Below the pieces are notes generated by a model. That model saw only the letters and a program-made list of their open reading frames with translations. It was not told the DNA's origin and did not search any database. From the NCBI GenBank assembly GCA_951406725.2, contig OX597824.1, forward strand, positions 82,212,001 through 82,276,000: a stretch of 64,000 nucleotides of DNA, read 5' to 3'. Below are positions 12,529 through 25,545 of this stretch, one piece after another. Position 1 is the stretch's first letter, and every line of letters starts with the position of its first letter. This DNA is from Octopus vulgaris. Lineage: Eukaryota. Position numbers and translations under genes: made by a program.

Positions 12529-12606
<78 letters not shown>
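11883..12606. repeat. Compound trinucleotide microsatellite (GTA/GGT/GCA)
   Basis: Visible directly. Confidence 0.95.
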
Positions 12607-12969
12607 CCTGGTTTCGGTTTCAATTGTTGAATTCATCTCCAACACTTCATTTCTCCAAAGTCACTTATGACGTCATCGTTAAACATGGACGTTTCTTTCT
12701 CCTTCACCAAATATTAAACCCTTTCACTTCCCCCCTCTCCCTCCCCCCCTCTCTTTCTCACTTTCATTCTCTTTCTCTTTCCTCTCTCTCTCTCTCTCTC
12801 GCTCTCTCTCTCTCTTACACACGCACACACATCTTTCGTTATTTTCTCTCCTATTTATTTTCCAAACCATTAATCCACACATACCTCATCATATATATAA
12901 ATATGGTGGGTTATGTAAATATAGATAGATAGGGAGAGAGGGAGAGATGGGAGAGAGAAAGAGAGAGTT

Positions 12970-13000
<31 letters not shown>

Positions 13001-13204
13001 GAGAGAGAGAGACCGGGTCGATTAATGTCATGTGAATGAATTTGGTTGACAGAAACAGAGTTGAAGTTCAAGCTCTATGTGTGTGTGGGGGGGGGGGATT
13101 TCCCACTACCACCACCATCCTTTGACTATCGGTGTCGGTTTCTTTACATCCCCTGTAACTGCTAGAGTAAGTACGGAACTTATGAAGCATCTACTGCAGT
13201 CGAT

Positions 13205-14275
13205 TTAGTAATTTCTTCGTTGGTCATTCGTTAGTAATTTCTTCGTTGGTCAATCGTTAGTAATTTCTGTGTTGGTCAATCGTTAGTAATTTCTTTGTTG
13301 GTCAATCGTTAGTAATTTCTTTGTTGGTCAATCGTTAGTAATTTCTTTGTTGGTCAATCGTTAGTAATTTCTGTGTTGGTCAATCGTTAGTAATTTCTGT
13401 GTTGGTCAATTGTTAGTAATTTCTTCGTTGGTCTATCGTTAGTAATTTCTTTGTTGGTCAATCGTTAGTAATTTCTGTTTGATCAATCGTTAGTAATTTC
13501 TTCGTTGGTCAATCGTTAGTAATTTCTGTGTTGGTCAATCGTTAGTAATTTCTTCGTTGGTCAATCGTTAATAATTTCTTCGTTGGTCAATCGTTAGTAA
13601 TTTCTGTGTTGGTCAATCGTTAGTAATTTCTGTTTGGTCAATCGTTAGTAATTTCTTCGTTGGTCTATCGTTAGTAATTTCTTCGTTGGTCAATCGTTAG
13701 TAATTTCTTTGTTGGTCAATCGTTAGTAATTTCTTTGTTGGTCAATCGTTAGTAATTTCTTCGTTGGTCAATCGCTAGTAATTTCTTTGTTGGTCAATCG
13801 TTAGTAATTTCTTCGTTGGTCAATCGTTAGTAATTTCTGTGTTGGTCAATCGTTAGTAATTTCTTTGTTAGTAATTTCATTATTAGTAATTTCTGTGTTG
13901 GTCAATCGTTAGTAATTTCTTCGTTGGTCAATCGCTAGTAATTTCTTCGTTGGTCAATCGCTAGTAATTTCTGTGTTGGTCAATCGTTAGTAATTTCTTT
14001 GTTGGTCAATCGTTAGTAATTTCTGTGTTTGTCAATCGTTAGTACTTTCATTGTTGGTCAATTGTTAGTAATTTCTTCGTTGGTCAATCGTTAGTAATTT
14101 TTGTGTTGGTCAATCGTTAGTAATTTCTTTGTTGGTCAATCGTTAGTAATTTCTGTGCTGGTCAATCATTACTAATTTCTTTGTTGGTCAATTGTTAGTA
14201 AGTTCCGTGCTGGTCAATCGTTAGTAATTTCTTTGTTAGTAATTTCATTATTAGTAATGTCATTGTTGGTCAATT
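13205..14275 (+). repeat. Minisatellite, 26-bp unit (gttggtcaatcgttagtaatttctNN), about 40 copies
   Basis: Head-to-tail units with no spacers; variation mostly confined to tc/gt/tt at one position. Confidence 0.95.
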
Positions 14276-14457
14276 CGACGCCAGTATCCAATCGAAATAC
14301 CAGCATCTTGGTCTATGTTAGTTTCCTGTGTTAGGAAATAAATACAGATACTAAGGTGTGGAGATATCAAGAATTTGAACGAAATATAGAAGAGAAACGG
14401 AAACAACAATAAACGTTTTTAAGAGAACCTCCTTACGTTCTTAAAATATCTTTTCTG

Positions 14458-14822
14458 TTACCTCTGCCTTTACTAAGGTGGAGGTATTGTTTTCAGTCGT
14501 GTTTGCTTGTTTGTTTGTCCGTGGACGAGATATCTCCAGAACCGTTGGATGGATTCGAATGAAACTTTCAGAGCCGTTTGACCTCGTGACTGGCACTAAC
14601 TGATTAAAGTTTGGGATCGATCCGGTACCGGACAAATATTCTGGATTATTTTTCCTGGTCTTTTAATTAATTTTTGAGAGTGGCCGGGTTACTTTTTAGT
14701 ATTCCCGTTTGTGAGAAAAGTCGAGTTTATTTCAGATATTCTCATTTTAAAAATCATTTCCGACTAATTATTGAGAGGACGTTGGTGCTGTCTTGGCGTA
14801 GGATTGCGCACTTTGAGTGTTT
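14458..14822 (+). mobile_element. Helentron-associated non-autonomous element (HINE/DINE-1-like)
   Basis: 5' ttacctctgcc..ggtggaggt subterminal IR, (gttt/gtcc) core repeat, 3' ttggcgtagg..cactttgagtg stem-loop, T-rich flanks. Confidence 0.7.
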
Positions 14823-14894
14823 TTTTTTTCATTTGTTTTATTTAACTAAATACACCAAAACAGAGGTGTATGTTGAAAACGAAGCGTATGATAT

Positions 14895-15419
<525 letters not shown>

Positions 15420-15670
15420 CTTTCAAATTTTGACACAATGAACAGTAAATACAGGTGAAGGTGTAAGTCGATTACATTTACCTATGTACTCAGATAAAAC
15501 TTAGTTTTACTTGCCCAATGTTCCACGCAGTGGGACTGAACCCAGAACCATGTGATTTGTAAGCAAGCTATTTACACACACTCGTATATTCATACATCTA
15601 CTCATACATGCATATACATGCATATGTGAGCTTGTTTGCGTATGTGTATGCGTGTGTCTGTGTTTGTGTT

Positions 15671-15724
<54 letters not shown>

Positions 15725-16280
15725 TGTGTGTGTGTGAAAAACCAAAGAATTCCACTACAAATATAAATAGAATCCTTGAACACATGAGACTTTTCTTTCC
15801 GTCTTTCCCGTAGATGTATGAGTGTATACTTGTGTGTATGTATGTATGTCTGTTTATATACGTTGTGTACGTCTATGTATGTGTTCGTTGTGTGCGTGTT
15901 TACATGTGTGTTCACATACGTCATTTGCGCATGCTTGTGCATTCAAACATAATTCATTCAAATCAATGTTATTTACCTTTGTATCGTTAAGCACGGGCTT
16001 ACGAAACTCACAACGCGCTTCCTTTCTTATAATAAAAAGACAATAGGCTACTTATAGGAAAACTACTGGCGGAAATGTTTTCAAAGCTATCCATTTGTTT
16101 GTAAAAATTATCCTAAAAATAGTCAGATATTTTACATGTCACTATTTTTAGGACAATGTTGTATGTCTATTCTCATACGTAATCCATCGAATTGTTTAGA
16201 AAATTGATTACATAATAATTCCAGTTGTAGCATGATACAAAGTGGAATTGGTTTAGAACAGCACTCTGAAGAATATTGTA

Positions 16281-16715
16281 TACTCTTTACTCTTTTACTC
16301 TTGTACTCTTTTACTTGTTTCAGTCATTTGACTGTGGCCATGCTGGAGCACCGCCTTTAATCGAGCAACTCGACCCCGGGACTTATTCTTTTGTAAGCCC
16401 AGTACTTATTCTATCGGTCACTCTTTTGCCGAAGCGCTAAGTAACGGGCACATAAACACACCAGCATCGGTTGTCAAGCAATGAATGCTAGGGGGACAAA
16501 CACAGACACACGAACACACACACGCATATATATATATATACATATATACGACGGGCTTCTTTCAGTTTCCGTCTACCACATCCACTCACAAGCCTCTGGT
16601 CGGCCCGAGGGCTTACAAAGAATAAGTCCCGGGGTCGATTTGCTCGACTTAAAGGCGGTTCTCCAGCATGGCCGCAGTCAAATAACTGAAACAAATAAAG
16701 AGTAAAAGAGTAAAG
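16281..16715. mobile_element. SINE family A (minus, head missing) joined to an inverted copy of the family tail (plus)
   Basis: 16281-16400 and 16610-16715 are reverse complements. Confidence 0.85.
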
Positions 16716-16941
16716 AGAGAGAGAGAGTAAGTGATGTCGACTGATGGGGCCGTTAACAACACTTTCATCTCTCATTTTTCACCCTCTTTCTCAGCATATC
16801 ATACGACAATTTTTTTGATGTTTTGTGTCCCCAATGTATTTTGGTGTTCCCTCTATGTAAGACCCTTATGGGTGATAAAAAATCAACAGCTCGTGATCTA
16901 CACTCACAGACCTGCAGGGCTCGAGGACAGCAGAACTCGTG

Positions 16942-17374
16942 TTCTTTTCTACTCTAGGTACACGGCCCGAAATTTTGGGGAAGGAGGCCAGTCGATTAGA
17001 TTGACACCAGTACACAACTGGTACTTAATTTATCGACCCCGAAAGGATGAAAGGCAAAGACGACCTCGGCGGAATTTGAACTCAGAACATAGAGACAGAT
17101 GAAATGCTGCTAAGTATTTCGCCCGGCGTGCTAATGTTTCTTATTTCTTTATTGACCACAATGGGCTAAACATAGAGGGGACAAACAAGGACAAACAAAG
17201 GGATTAAGTCGATTACATCGACCCCAGTGCGTAACTGGTACGTAATTTATCGATCCTGAAAGGATGAAAGGCAAAGTCGACCTCGGCGGAATTTGAACAC
17301 AGAACGTAACAGCAGACGAAATACGGCTACGCATTTCGCCCGACGTGCTAACGATTCTGCCACCTCACAGCCTT
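16942..17374 (-). mobile_element. SINE family C heterodimer with a single 14-bp TSD
   Basis: cagcaga(a/g)ctcgtg at 16928-16941 and 17375-17388; the two units have different tails. Confidence 0.85.
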
Positions 17375-17989
17375 CAGCAGAGCTCGTGATGACCTAGAAC
17401 TAATGCATTTGATTATTGGACAACAGAAGCCGTTTTGACCTATAACTAAAATATCATATTGAAGACTTGGTAATTTAAAATACATACATTCAGGATAGAA
17501 ATTTAGAATAAAGGCCAGCCGTCACAGGCGAGCGAGTAAGGCTTTCTTACGTTCAATTAGTCTTGTTCTGGAGTTAATCTAAAAAATATCATATTCAGAG
17601 CTGACGAATTTAGTATTAAGAAATGTCAGCCGTCACGGCGAGAGAATAAGGTTTGGTTATCTTCGAATCAAGAGCAGCTCAACTAGTGTTCATGTAAAGC
17701 TAAAGAAGAAAATATATTCAGGACATAGAAATTTAGAATAAAGTATATATACGTGCAAACATGGCTGAGTGTTTGCTTCCAAATATGCTGAGAAATTTGC
17801 TTTCCAGCCACATGGTCTGGCCAGTGGCTATAGCTGAAGACACTTGTCCAAGTTGATATGTGGGACTGAACCCAGAGGCATGTGGTTGGGTAGCAAGTTT
17901 TTTTTACCACACAGCCACACACACATATACATATATATATACATATATACATATACGTATACATATATGCATATACATACGTGTATAAG

Positions 17990-18152
17990 CGTAGGAGTGA
18001 CTGTGTGGTAAGTAGCTTGCTTACCAACCACATGGTTTCGGGTTCAGTCCCACTGCGTGGCACATTGGGCAAGTGTTTTCTACTATAGCTTCGGGCCGAC
18101 CAAATCCTTGTGAGTGGATTTGGTAGACGGAAACTGAAAGAAACTCGTCATA

Positions 18153-18193
<41 letters not shown>

Positions 18194-18427
18194 TTATATG
18201 TTTGTGTGTCTGTGTTTCTCCCCCCCCCCCTTCCGAACATCGTTTGACAACCAATGTTGGTGTGTTACGTCCCCTTAACTTAGCGGTTCGGCAAAAAGAG
18301 ACCGATTGAATAAGTACTAGGCTTACAACGAATAAGTCCTGGGGGTCGATTTGCTCGACTAAAGGCGGTGCTCCAGCCTGGCCGCAGTCAGATGACCGAA
18401 ACAAGTAAAAGAGTAAAAAAAAGAAAG
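17990..18427 (+). mobile_element. SINE family A, full length (head-to-head with a head fragment at 17826-17916)
   Basis: Homology to family. Confidence 0.92.
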
Positions 18428-18487
18428 TATACATTTACGTATAAATATATACATATACATACATATAACATATATACGCATGCATAA

Positions 18488-18720
18488 AAGGTGGCGAGCT
18501 GCAGAAACGTTAGCACGCCAGGCGAAATGCGTGGCCGTATTTCGTCTGCCGTTACGTTCTGAGTTCAAATTCCGCCGATGTCGACTTTGCCTTTCATCCT
18601 TTCGGGGTTCGATAAATTAAGTACCAGTTGCGCACTGGGGTCGATGTAATCGACTTAATCCGTTTGTCTGTCCTTGTTTGTCCTCTCTGTGTTTAGCCCC
18701 TTGTGGGTAGTAAAGAAATA
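18488..18720 (+). mobile_element. SINE family C monomer
   Basis: Head ggcgagctg(g)cagaaacgttag...gagttcaaattcc; core ctttgcctttcatcctttcggggtcgataaattaagtaccag (resembles the MetaSINE domain from memory); tail ending aaagaaata. Confidence 0.88.
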
Positions 18721-18798
18721 TATATACGCATGCATGTACTCATACATACAATCACCCCTCCACCACACACACTTTTAGATATTTACATACATACTAAT

Positions 18799-19180
18799 GG
18801 AAGCACTCCGTCGGTTACGCCGATGAGGGTTCCGGTTGATCCGACCAACGGAACAGCCTGCTCGTGAAATTAACGCGTAAGTGGCTGAGCACTCCACAGA
18901 CACGTGTACCCTTAACGTAGTTCTCGGTGATATTCAACGTGACACAGAGAGTGACAAGGCTGGCCCTTTGAAATACAGGTACAATAGAAACAGGAAGAAA
19001 GAGTGAGAGAAAGTTATGGTGAAAGAGTACAGCAGGGATCACCACTATCCCTGCCGGAGCCTCGTGGAGCTTTAGGTGTTTTCGCTCAATAAACACTCAC
19101 AACGCCCGGTCTGGGAATCGAAACCGCGATCCTAAGACCGCGAGTCCGCTGCCCTAACCACTAGGCCATTGCGCCTCCAC
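18799..19180 (-). mobile_element. SINE family B, full length with 11-bp TSD
   Basis: ttacatacata at 18783-18793 and 19181-19191. Confidence 0.93.
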
Positions 19181-19626
19181 TTACATACATAGAGAACGCT
19201 GCTGTAGCAGTGTTTTTCACGTGTTATGAGTGTGAGAGATCAAGTTTACTGCAGCCGGAAGCCATATGCCTCATATATCCAGATGGTGATTCGCTCATCG
19301 CGTTTTAGGTTTCATTGTACACGCACTGGATATGTGTTCGATGTCTGTGGCCTGTGTACAGTGTGTGGCGATGATTCAGTCGCTATGTGTACTTCGTAGA
19401 ACCCTCAGTAGATTGCTGTGGAAAGATCGAGTAACGATGTATGACTGAGAGTTACTTTCACATTCAATATGGCGTGGCTGTGCGGTAAGACGCTTGCTTC
19501 CCAACCACATGGGTTCGGGTTCAGTTTCACTGCGTGGCACGTTAGACAAGTGTCTTCTATTATAACCTCGGGCAGACCAAAGCATTCACAGAGCATTTCT
19601 TAGACAGAAACTGAGAGGAGCCTGTC

Positions 19627-19707
<81 letters not shown>

Positions 19708-19929
19708 TAGATAGATAGATAGATAGAAGGATATACTATAGGTTTCCATATAATTCTGGTCTAGCAAATTTACTCATAAAGCATTGGTAGACACATGACT
19801 GCCGTAGAAGACAGTTGCCCATCGTGCCGCGAAGTGGGACTGAACTTGAAACCACATGGCTGCATACTGAGCGTTTTAACCGCACAGCCATGTATCGTAA
19901 ATGCTGTATATGTCAATCCAAGTACTTCT

Positions 19930-20773
19930 TATTTCTTTACTGCCCACAAGGGGCTACACATAGACGGGACAAACAAGGACATACAAAGAGAATACATCGA
20001 CCCCAGTGCGTAACTGGTACTTTATTTAATCGACCCCGAAAGGATGAAAGGCAAAGTCGACCTCGGCGGAATTTCAACTCAGGACGGTGCGGCAGACGAA
20101 ATACCTATTTCTTTATTACCCACAAGGGGCTAAACACAGAGGGGACAAACAAGGACAGACATAGGTATTAAATCGATTACATTGATCCCAGTGCGTAACT
20201 GGTACTTAATTTATCGACCCCGAAAGGATGAAAGGCAAAGTCGACCTCGGCGGAATTTGAACTCAGGACGGTGCGGCAGACGAAATACCGCTAAGCATTT
20301 CGCCCGGTGTGCTAACGTTTCTTATTTCTTTATTAACCACAAGGGGCTAAACATAGAGGGGACAAAAAAGGACAGACAAACGGATTAAGTCGATTACATC
20401 GACACCAGTGCGTAACTGGTACTTAATTTCTCGACCCCGAAAGGATGAAAGGCAAAGTCCACTTCGGCGGAATTTGAACTCAGAACGTAACGGCAGACGA
20501 AATACCGCTAAGCATTTCGCCCGGCGTGCTAACGTTTCTTATTTCTTTATTGCCCACAAGGGGCTAAACATAGAGGGGACAAAAAAGGACAGACAAACGG
20601 ATTAAGTCGATTACATCGACACCAGTGCGTAACTGGTGCTTAATTTCTCGACCCCGAAAGGATGAAAGGCAAAGTTGACCCCGGTGGAATTTGAACTCAG
20701 AACGTAACGGCAGACGAAATACGGCTAAGCATTTCGCCCGGCGCGCTAACGATTTTGCCAGCTCGCCGCCTTA
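19930..20773 (-). mobile_element. SINE family C tandem tetramer with a single 16-bp TSD
   Basis: caatccaagtacttct (19914-19929) and caacccaagtacttct (20774-20789). Confidence 0.9.
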
Positions 20774-21317
20774 CAACCCAAGTACTTCTGTCCTCAGAGC
20801 TCTGTTTAGTTGTCACTGGGTGTGCAATGGTGGATTGTAATCATTTCCTGGTATGGCTGATAAGAGGAGATTTGGAGGAGCAACTGTAGAAATTAACTCT
20901 TGTTTTGGAGCCAAGTTTCACGTGTTGGGATCGACATAAAGCTGGAGTATTAATGGTGAAGTTATGCAGGGGAATGTTGTGAAGAGGTACGAATGATGTC
21001 ACCGATGCGCGCATGACGTTGAGTGTTATGTTTTGACAAAGCGTAGGAAAGGTCGTCGAGTCATAGAATAATAAAAAAGGAGTGGATGTGATAGAAAGTA
21101 TCCTTGTTGTACTCCTTATGGGAAAATTATTAATTCTAGTGTTTTGTTATTTGATATTTTAGACCGTGTATAGGGTTGACAACCTCTCAAAAGGTAATTT
21201 CGGTAACGACCGCAATTTTTTTTTTGTTGTTGTTGTTGTTATTGCGTTGTTTCATGGGGGAAATATTGAAGTACGTCGAAGTATCATTTGATGGCCAGGG
21301 ATGGATTCAACTGTTTT

Positions 21318-21521
21318 GATGATGATGGTGATGATGATAATGATGATGATGATAATGATGATGATGATGATACTGGTGTTGGTGGTGTTGGTGTTGGTGG
21401 GTGATGGTGGTGATGGTGGTGGCGGTGGAGATGAATATGATGGTGGTAGTGGTTGTGATGATGGTGGTGACGGTAATGATGATAACGACGACGATGACAA
21501 TGATGATGATAATGATGATGT

Positions 21522-21556
<35 letters not shown>

Positions 21557-21902
21557 GTGTTGGTAGTATTGGTGATGATGATGGTGGTGGTGGTGGTGGT
21601 GGTTTGTGATGGTGGTGATGATGAGGTGGAGGAAGAAGGATTATGATGATGATGATAACGATGGTGTTGGTAGTAGTGATGATGATGACGACGATGATGA
21701 TGATGATGATGATGATGGTGATGATAATGATGATGATGATGATGTTGATACTGGTGGTAGTGGTGATTACAATGATGAGGGTAGTGGTCTGGTGGGGGGG
21801 GGGTTATGATGACGATAAGGATGGTGATGATGATGTTGTTAGTAGTTGTGATGGGTGGTGACGGTAATGATGATAACGACGACGATGACAATGATGATGA
21901 TA

Positions 21903-21944
<42 letters not shown>

Positions 21945-22076
21945 GTGTTGGTAGTATTGGTGATGATGATGGCGGTGCTGGTGGTGGCGGTGGAGATGAA
22001 TATGATGGTGGTAGTGGTTGTGATGATGGTGGTGACGGTAATGATGATAACGACGACGATGACAATGATGATGATA

Positions 22077-22124
<48 letters not shown>

Positions 22125-22562
22125 GTGGTGATAATGATGGCGGCAGCAGTGGTGGTGGTGGTGGCGGCGGCGGCGGTGGTTCTGGTGTTGGTGGTAGTGG
22201 TGGTGGTGGTGGTGGTGGTGGTGGTGGTGGTGGTGGTGATGGTGGTGGTGGTGGCAGCGGTGGTTCTGGTGTTGGTGGTAGTAGTGGTGGTTCTGGTGGT
22301 TCTGGTAGTGGTGGTGGTGGTGGTGGTGGCGGCGGTGGTGGTTCTGGTGTTGGTGGTAGTAGTGGTGGTTTTGGTGGTGGTGTTGGTGGTGATGGTGGTG
22401 GTGGTGGCGGCGGTGGTTCTGGTGTTGGTGGTAGTAGTGGTGGTTCTGGTGGTGGTGTTGGTGGTGGTGGTGGTGGTGGCGGCGGCGGTGGTTCTGGTGT
22501 TGGTGGTAGTAGTGGTGGTTCTGGTGGTTCTGGTGGTGGTGGTGTGGTGGTGGTGGTGGTGA
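21318..22562. repeat. GAT/GGT trinucleotide field with higher-order duplicated blocks
   Basis: Block ggcggtggagatgaatatgatgg...gataacgacgacgatgacaatg recurs at ~21421 and ~21986 (partly ~21855); ggttctggtgttggtggtagt recurs 5 times. Confidence 0.9.
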
Positions 22563-22819
22563 TAGTATTAGTTCACAGTATTGTGTGTAGTTAGAATTTT
22601 GTGCATTTCTGAACCGTTGACGTATTTAGTGCACGTGTGTGAATGCATGTGGGCGCATATAAATGGTTTAAATATAAATGTGATGCAAGAGAATGGTGTT
22701 TCGGATCCGCTTTGACTTTGTGAGAAGTGGAAAATATGAGAGTTAATGACATCATGGATCGACAAGTGTTTCTAGAACGTCCGACGCTCTATAGCAGGGG
22801 TCGCGGGGGATCTTTTTAA

Positions 22820-23410
22820 CCTATTTCGTTATTACCCACAAGGGGCTAAACACAGAGGGGACAAACAAGGACAGACATAGGTATTAAGTCGATTACATCG
22901 ACCCCAGTGCGTAACTGGTACTTAATTTATCGACCCCGAAAGGATGAAAGACAAAGTCGACCTCGGCGGAATTTGAACTCACAACGTAACGCAGACGAAA
23001 TACCTATTTCTTTATTACCCACAAGGGGCTAAACACAGAGGGGACAAACAAGGACAGACATAGGTATTAAGTCGATTACATCGACCCCAGTGCGTAACTG
23101 GTACTTAATTTATCGACCCCGAAAGGATGAAAGGCAAAGTCGACCTCGGCGGAATTTGAACTCACAACGTAACGCAGACGAAATACCTATTTCTTTATTA
23201 CCCACAAGGGGCTAAACACAGAGGGGACAAACAAGGACAGACATAGGTATTAAGTCGATTACATCGACCCCAGTGCGTAACTGGTACTTAATTTATCGAC
23301 CCCGAAAGGATGAAAGGCAAAGTCGACTTCGGCAGAATTTGAACTCACAACGTAACGCAGACGAAATACCGCTAAGCATTTCACCCGGCGTGCTAACGTT
23401 TCTGCCAGCT
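22820..23410 (-). mobile_element. SINE family C tandem trimer, 183-bp period, single head
   Basis: cctatttc at 22820, 23003 and 23186; units nearly identical. Confidence 0.92.
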
Positions 23411-23781
23411 CGCCAATTATCTCAAAATATATCTATTTACGTCGACGTTACACCCTTGATGTGAAAGGTAGAAAATCATAGATTCTTTGGATTCAAAACG
23501 TTTATTGAATCTATTTACATGGAGAAAATAATTATAAATATAAAAAAGTATAAAACAAATGCACTAAAATAAGTCAGACACACAAGACATAATAACTCCA
23601 GTTGCTCCTCCAAATCTTCACTTATCAGCCATACCAGGAAACGATTACATCCCACCATTGCACCCAGTGACAACTAAACAGAGCTCTGAGGACAGAGGTA
23701 CTTGGATTGTAGCTTAGCAGTTCGTTGAAAGAGACTGATTGCATAAATACTAGTCTCAAAAGAAAAAGGAATTAAAAAAAA

Positions 23782-23830
<49 letters not shown>

Positions 23831-23904
23831 AGGATGTATAAATAAATATAAAAAGGAATTAAATGTAATGCTAACGCTACTTCGTAATAATCTTCATTTT
23901 TATA

Positions 23905-23995
23905 CCGTAGCCCCTCGACTATCGCGGGCGTTACGTTCCAAAATCAGCCCCGCAATAGGTGGAAATCGGCGAAGTAGAAACAGTACTGTACTATA

Positions 23996-24053
<58 letters not shown>

Positions 24054-24290
24054 ATTTGTACATATTTATTTTATTATAAATACAAAGTAACACTACGGAG
24101 AAATCGACATAAGCTTAAATAATAAACCGCGATACGTGAACCGCGATACGTGAACCGCGATACGTGAACCGCGATACGTGAACCGCGATACGTGAACCGC
24201 GATACGTGAACCGCGATACGTGAACCGCGATACGTGAACCGCGACAGGTGAACCGTTATAGGTAGACCGTGATATGGCGAGCGATTACTG
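23905..24290. mobile_element. Tigger/pogo-like MITE with an internal 14-bp tandem array
   Basis: ta|ccgtagcccctcgactatcgcgg ... ccgtgatatggcgagcgattactg|ta imperfect TIRs, TA flanks; (aaccgcgatacgtg) about 9 times at 24126-24255. Confidence 0.75.
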
Positions 24291-24292
24291 TA

Positions 24293-24507
24293 TACTCTTT
24301 TACTTGTTTCAGTCATTTGACTGCGGCCATGTTGGAGCACCACCTTTAGTCGAGCAAATCGAACCCAGGACTTATTCTTTGGAAGCCTAGTACTTACTCT
24401 ATCGGTTTCTCATGCCGAACCACAAAGTTACGGGGACGTAGACACACCAGCATCGGTTGTCAAGCGATGTTGGGGGGGGGGGGACAAATACAGACACACA
24501 AAGATAT

Positions 24508-24539
<32 letters not shown>

Positions 24540-24729
24540 GTATATATATATGTATATACATATATACGACGGACTTCTTTCAGTTTCCGTCTACCAAATC
24601 CACCCACAAGGCTTTGGTCGGCCCGAGGCTGTAGTAGAAGACACTTGCCCAAGGTGCCACGCAGTGGGAATGAACCCGGAACCACGTGGTTGGTAAGCAA
24701 GCTACTTACCATACAACCACTCCCGCGCC
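24293..24729 (-). mobile_element. SINE family A, full length
   Basis: Homology to family. Confidence 0.92.
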
Positions 24730-24733
24730 CATA

Positions 24734-24766
<33 letters not shown>

Positions 24767-25314
24767 GCGACAAACTTCCACACTTTCCGTCAAGCAAATC
24801 CACTGACAAGTTAATAATAGTCGACCTAGTTCACGGTGGCGTGTACTTGGATTAAACTCAAAATTACGACCTTTTTAACAATATAACATATACCTACGCC
24901 CTCTATAACGTTTCGTTTTATATCAAGTTTCCTATAAAGACAATTTAACACTGATTTGAAAGCTTACGCAACGCTTTTTAGGAGTGTACATAGTTGGTAA
25001 ATTTTACGAGGAAAAGTCTGACAGAGACTTCCAAGTTTTGGCTTGTTCAATGTCATCACATGACGAAGGGCAAGCCGAAGCATCGAAAGTATTGCTTCAC
25101 TACCATTCATATATCTTTATCATTGTAAAGATATGCATGTATGAAAATGTGTGTGTATACATACATACATACATACATACATACATCACATGATCACATG
25201 ACCGACCAGACTATCAGATGTTGTTACACATCGCTGGTCACAATGCGTTCGCATTGATTTAGCCTTCGAATGACGCCACCCCGCTGGCTAAGCGAGCAGG
25301 CCAACATACATACA

Positions 25315-25350
<36 letters not shown>

Positions 25351-25545
25351 TATATATGCATACATATATATAAATATATATAAATTAGAAAAAAAACACC
25401 TTTTATCAATTCAAAATGAACAATAAAAATGAACAATAAAATTACACCATCTAGAAAATTACATATAATAGAAATATTAAAAATAAAATAACTATAATAT
25501 ACCGATGATTAAGTAAATTGCAAAGTAATAATAATAACGTATATA

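Noticed and set aside
13205-14275. CRISPR-like array
   Set aside because: Units are contiguous with no unique spacers, there are no cas genes, and the context is eukaryotic; it is a minisatellite.
21806-22594. 262-aa Asp/Gly-rich ORF resembling a biomineralisation protein
   Set aside because: Pure GAT/GGT repeat, with frame breaks between duplicated blocks, no signal peptide and no splice support.
24293-24729. Second A>G hyper-edited SINE
   Set aside because: A few T>C changes on plus are mixed with as many other substitution types; no clear bias.
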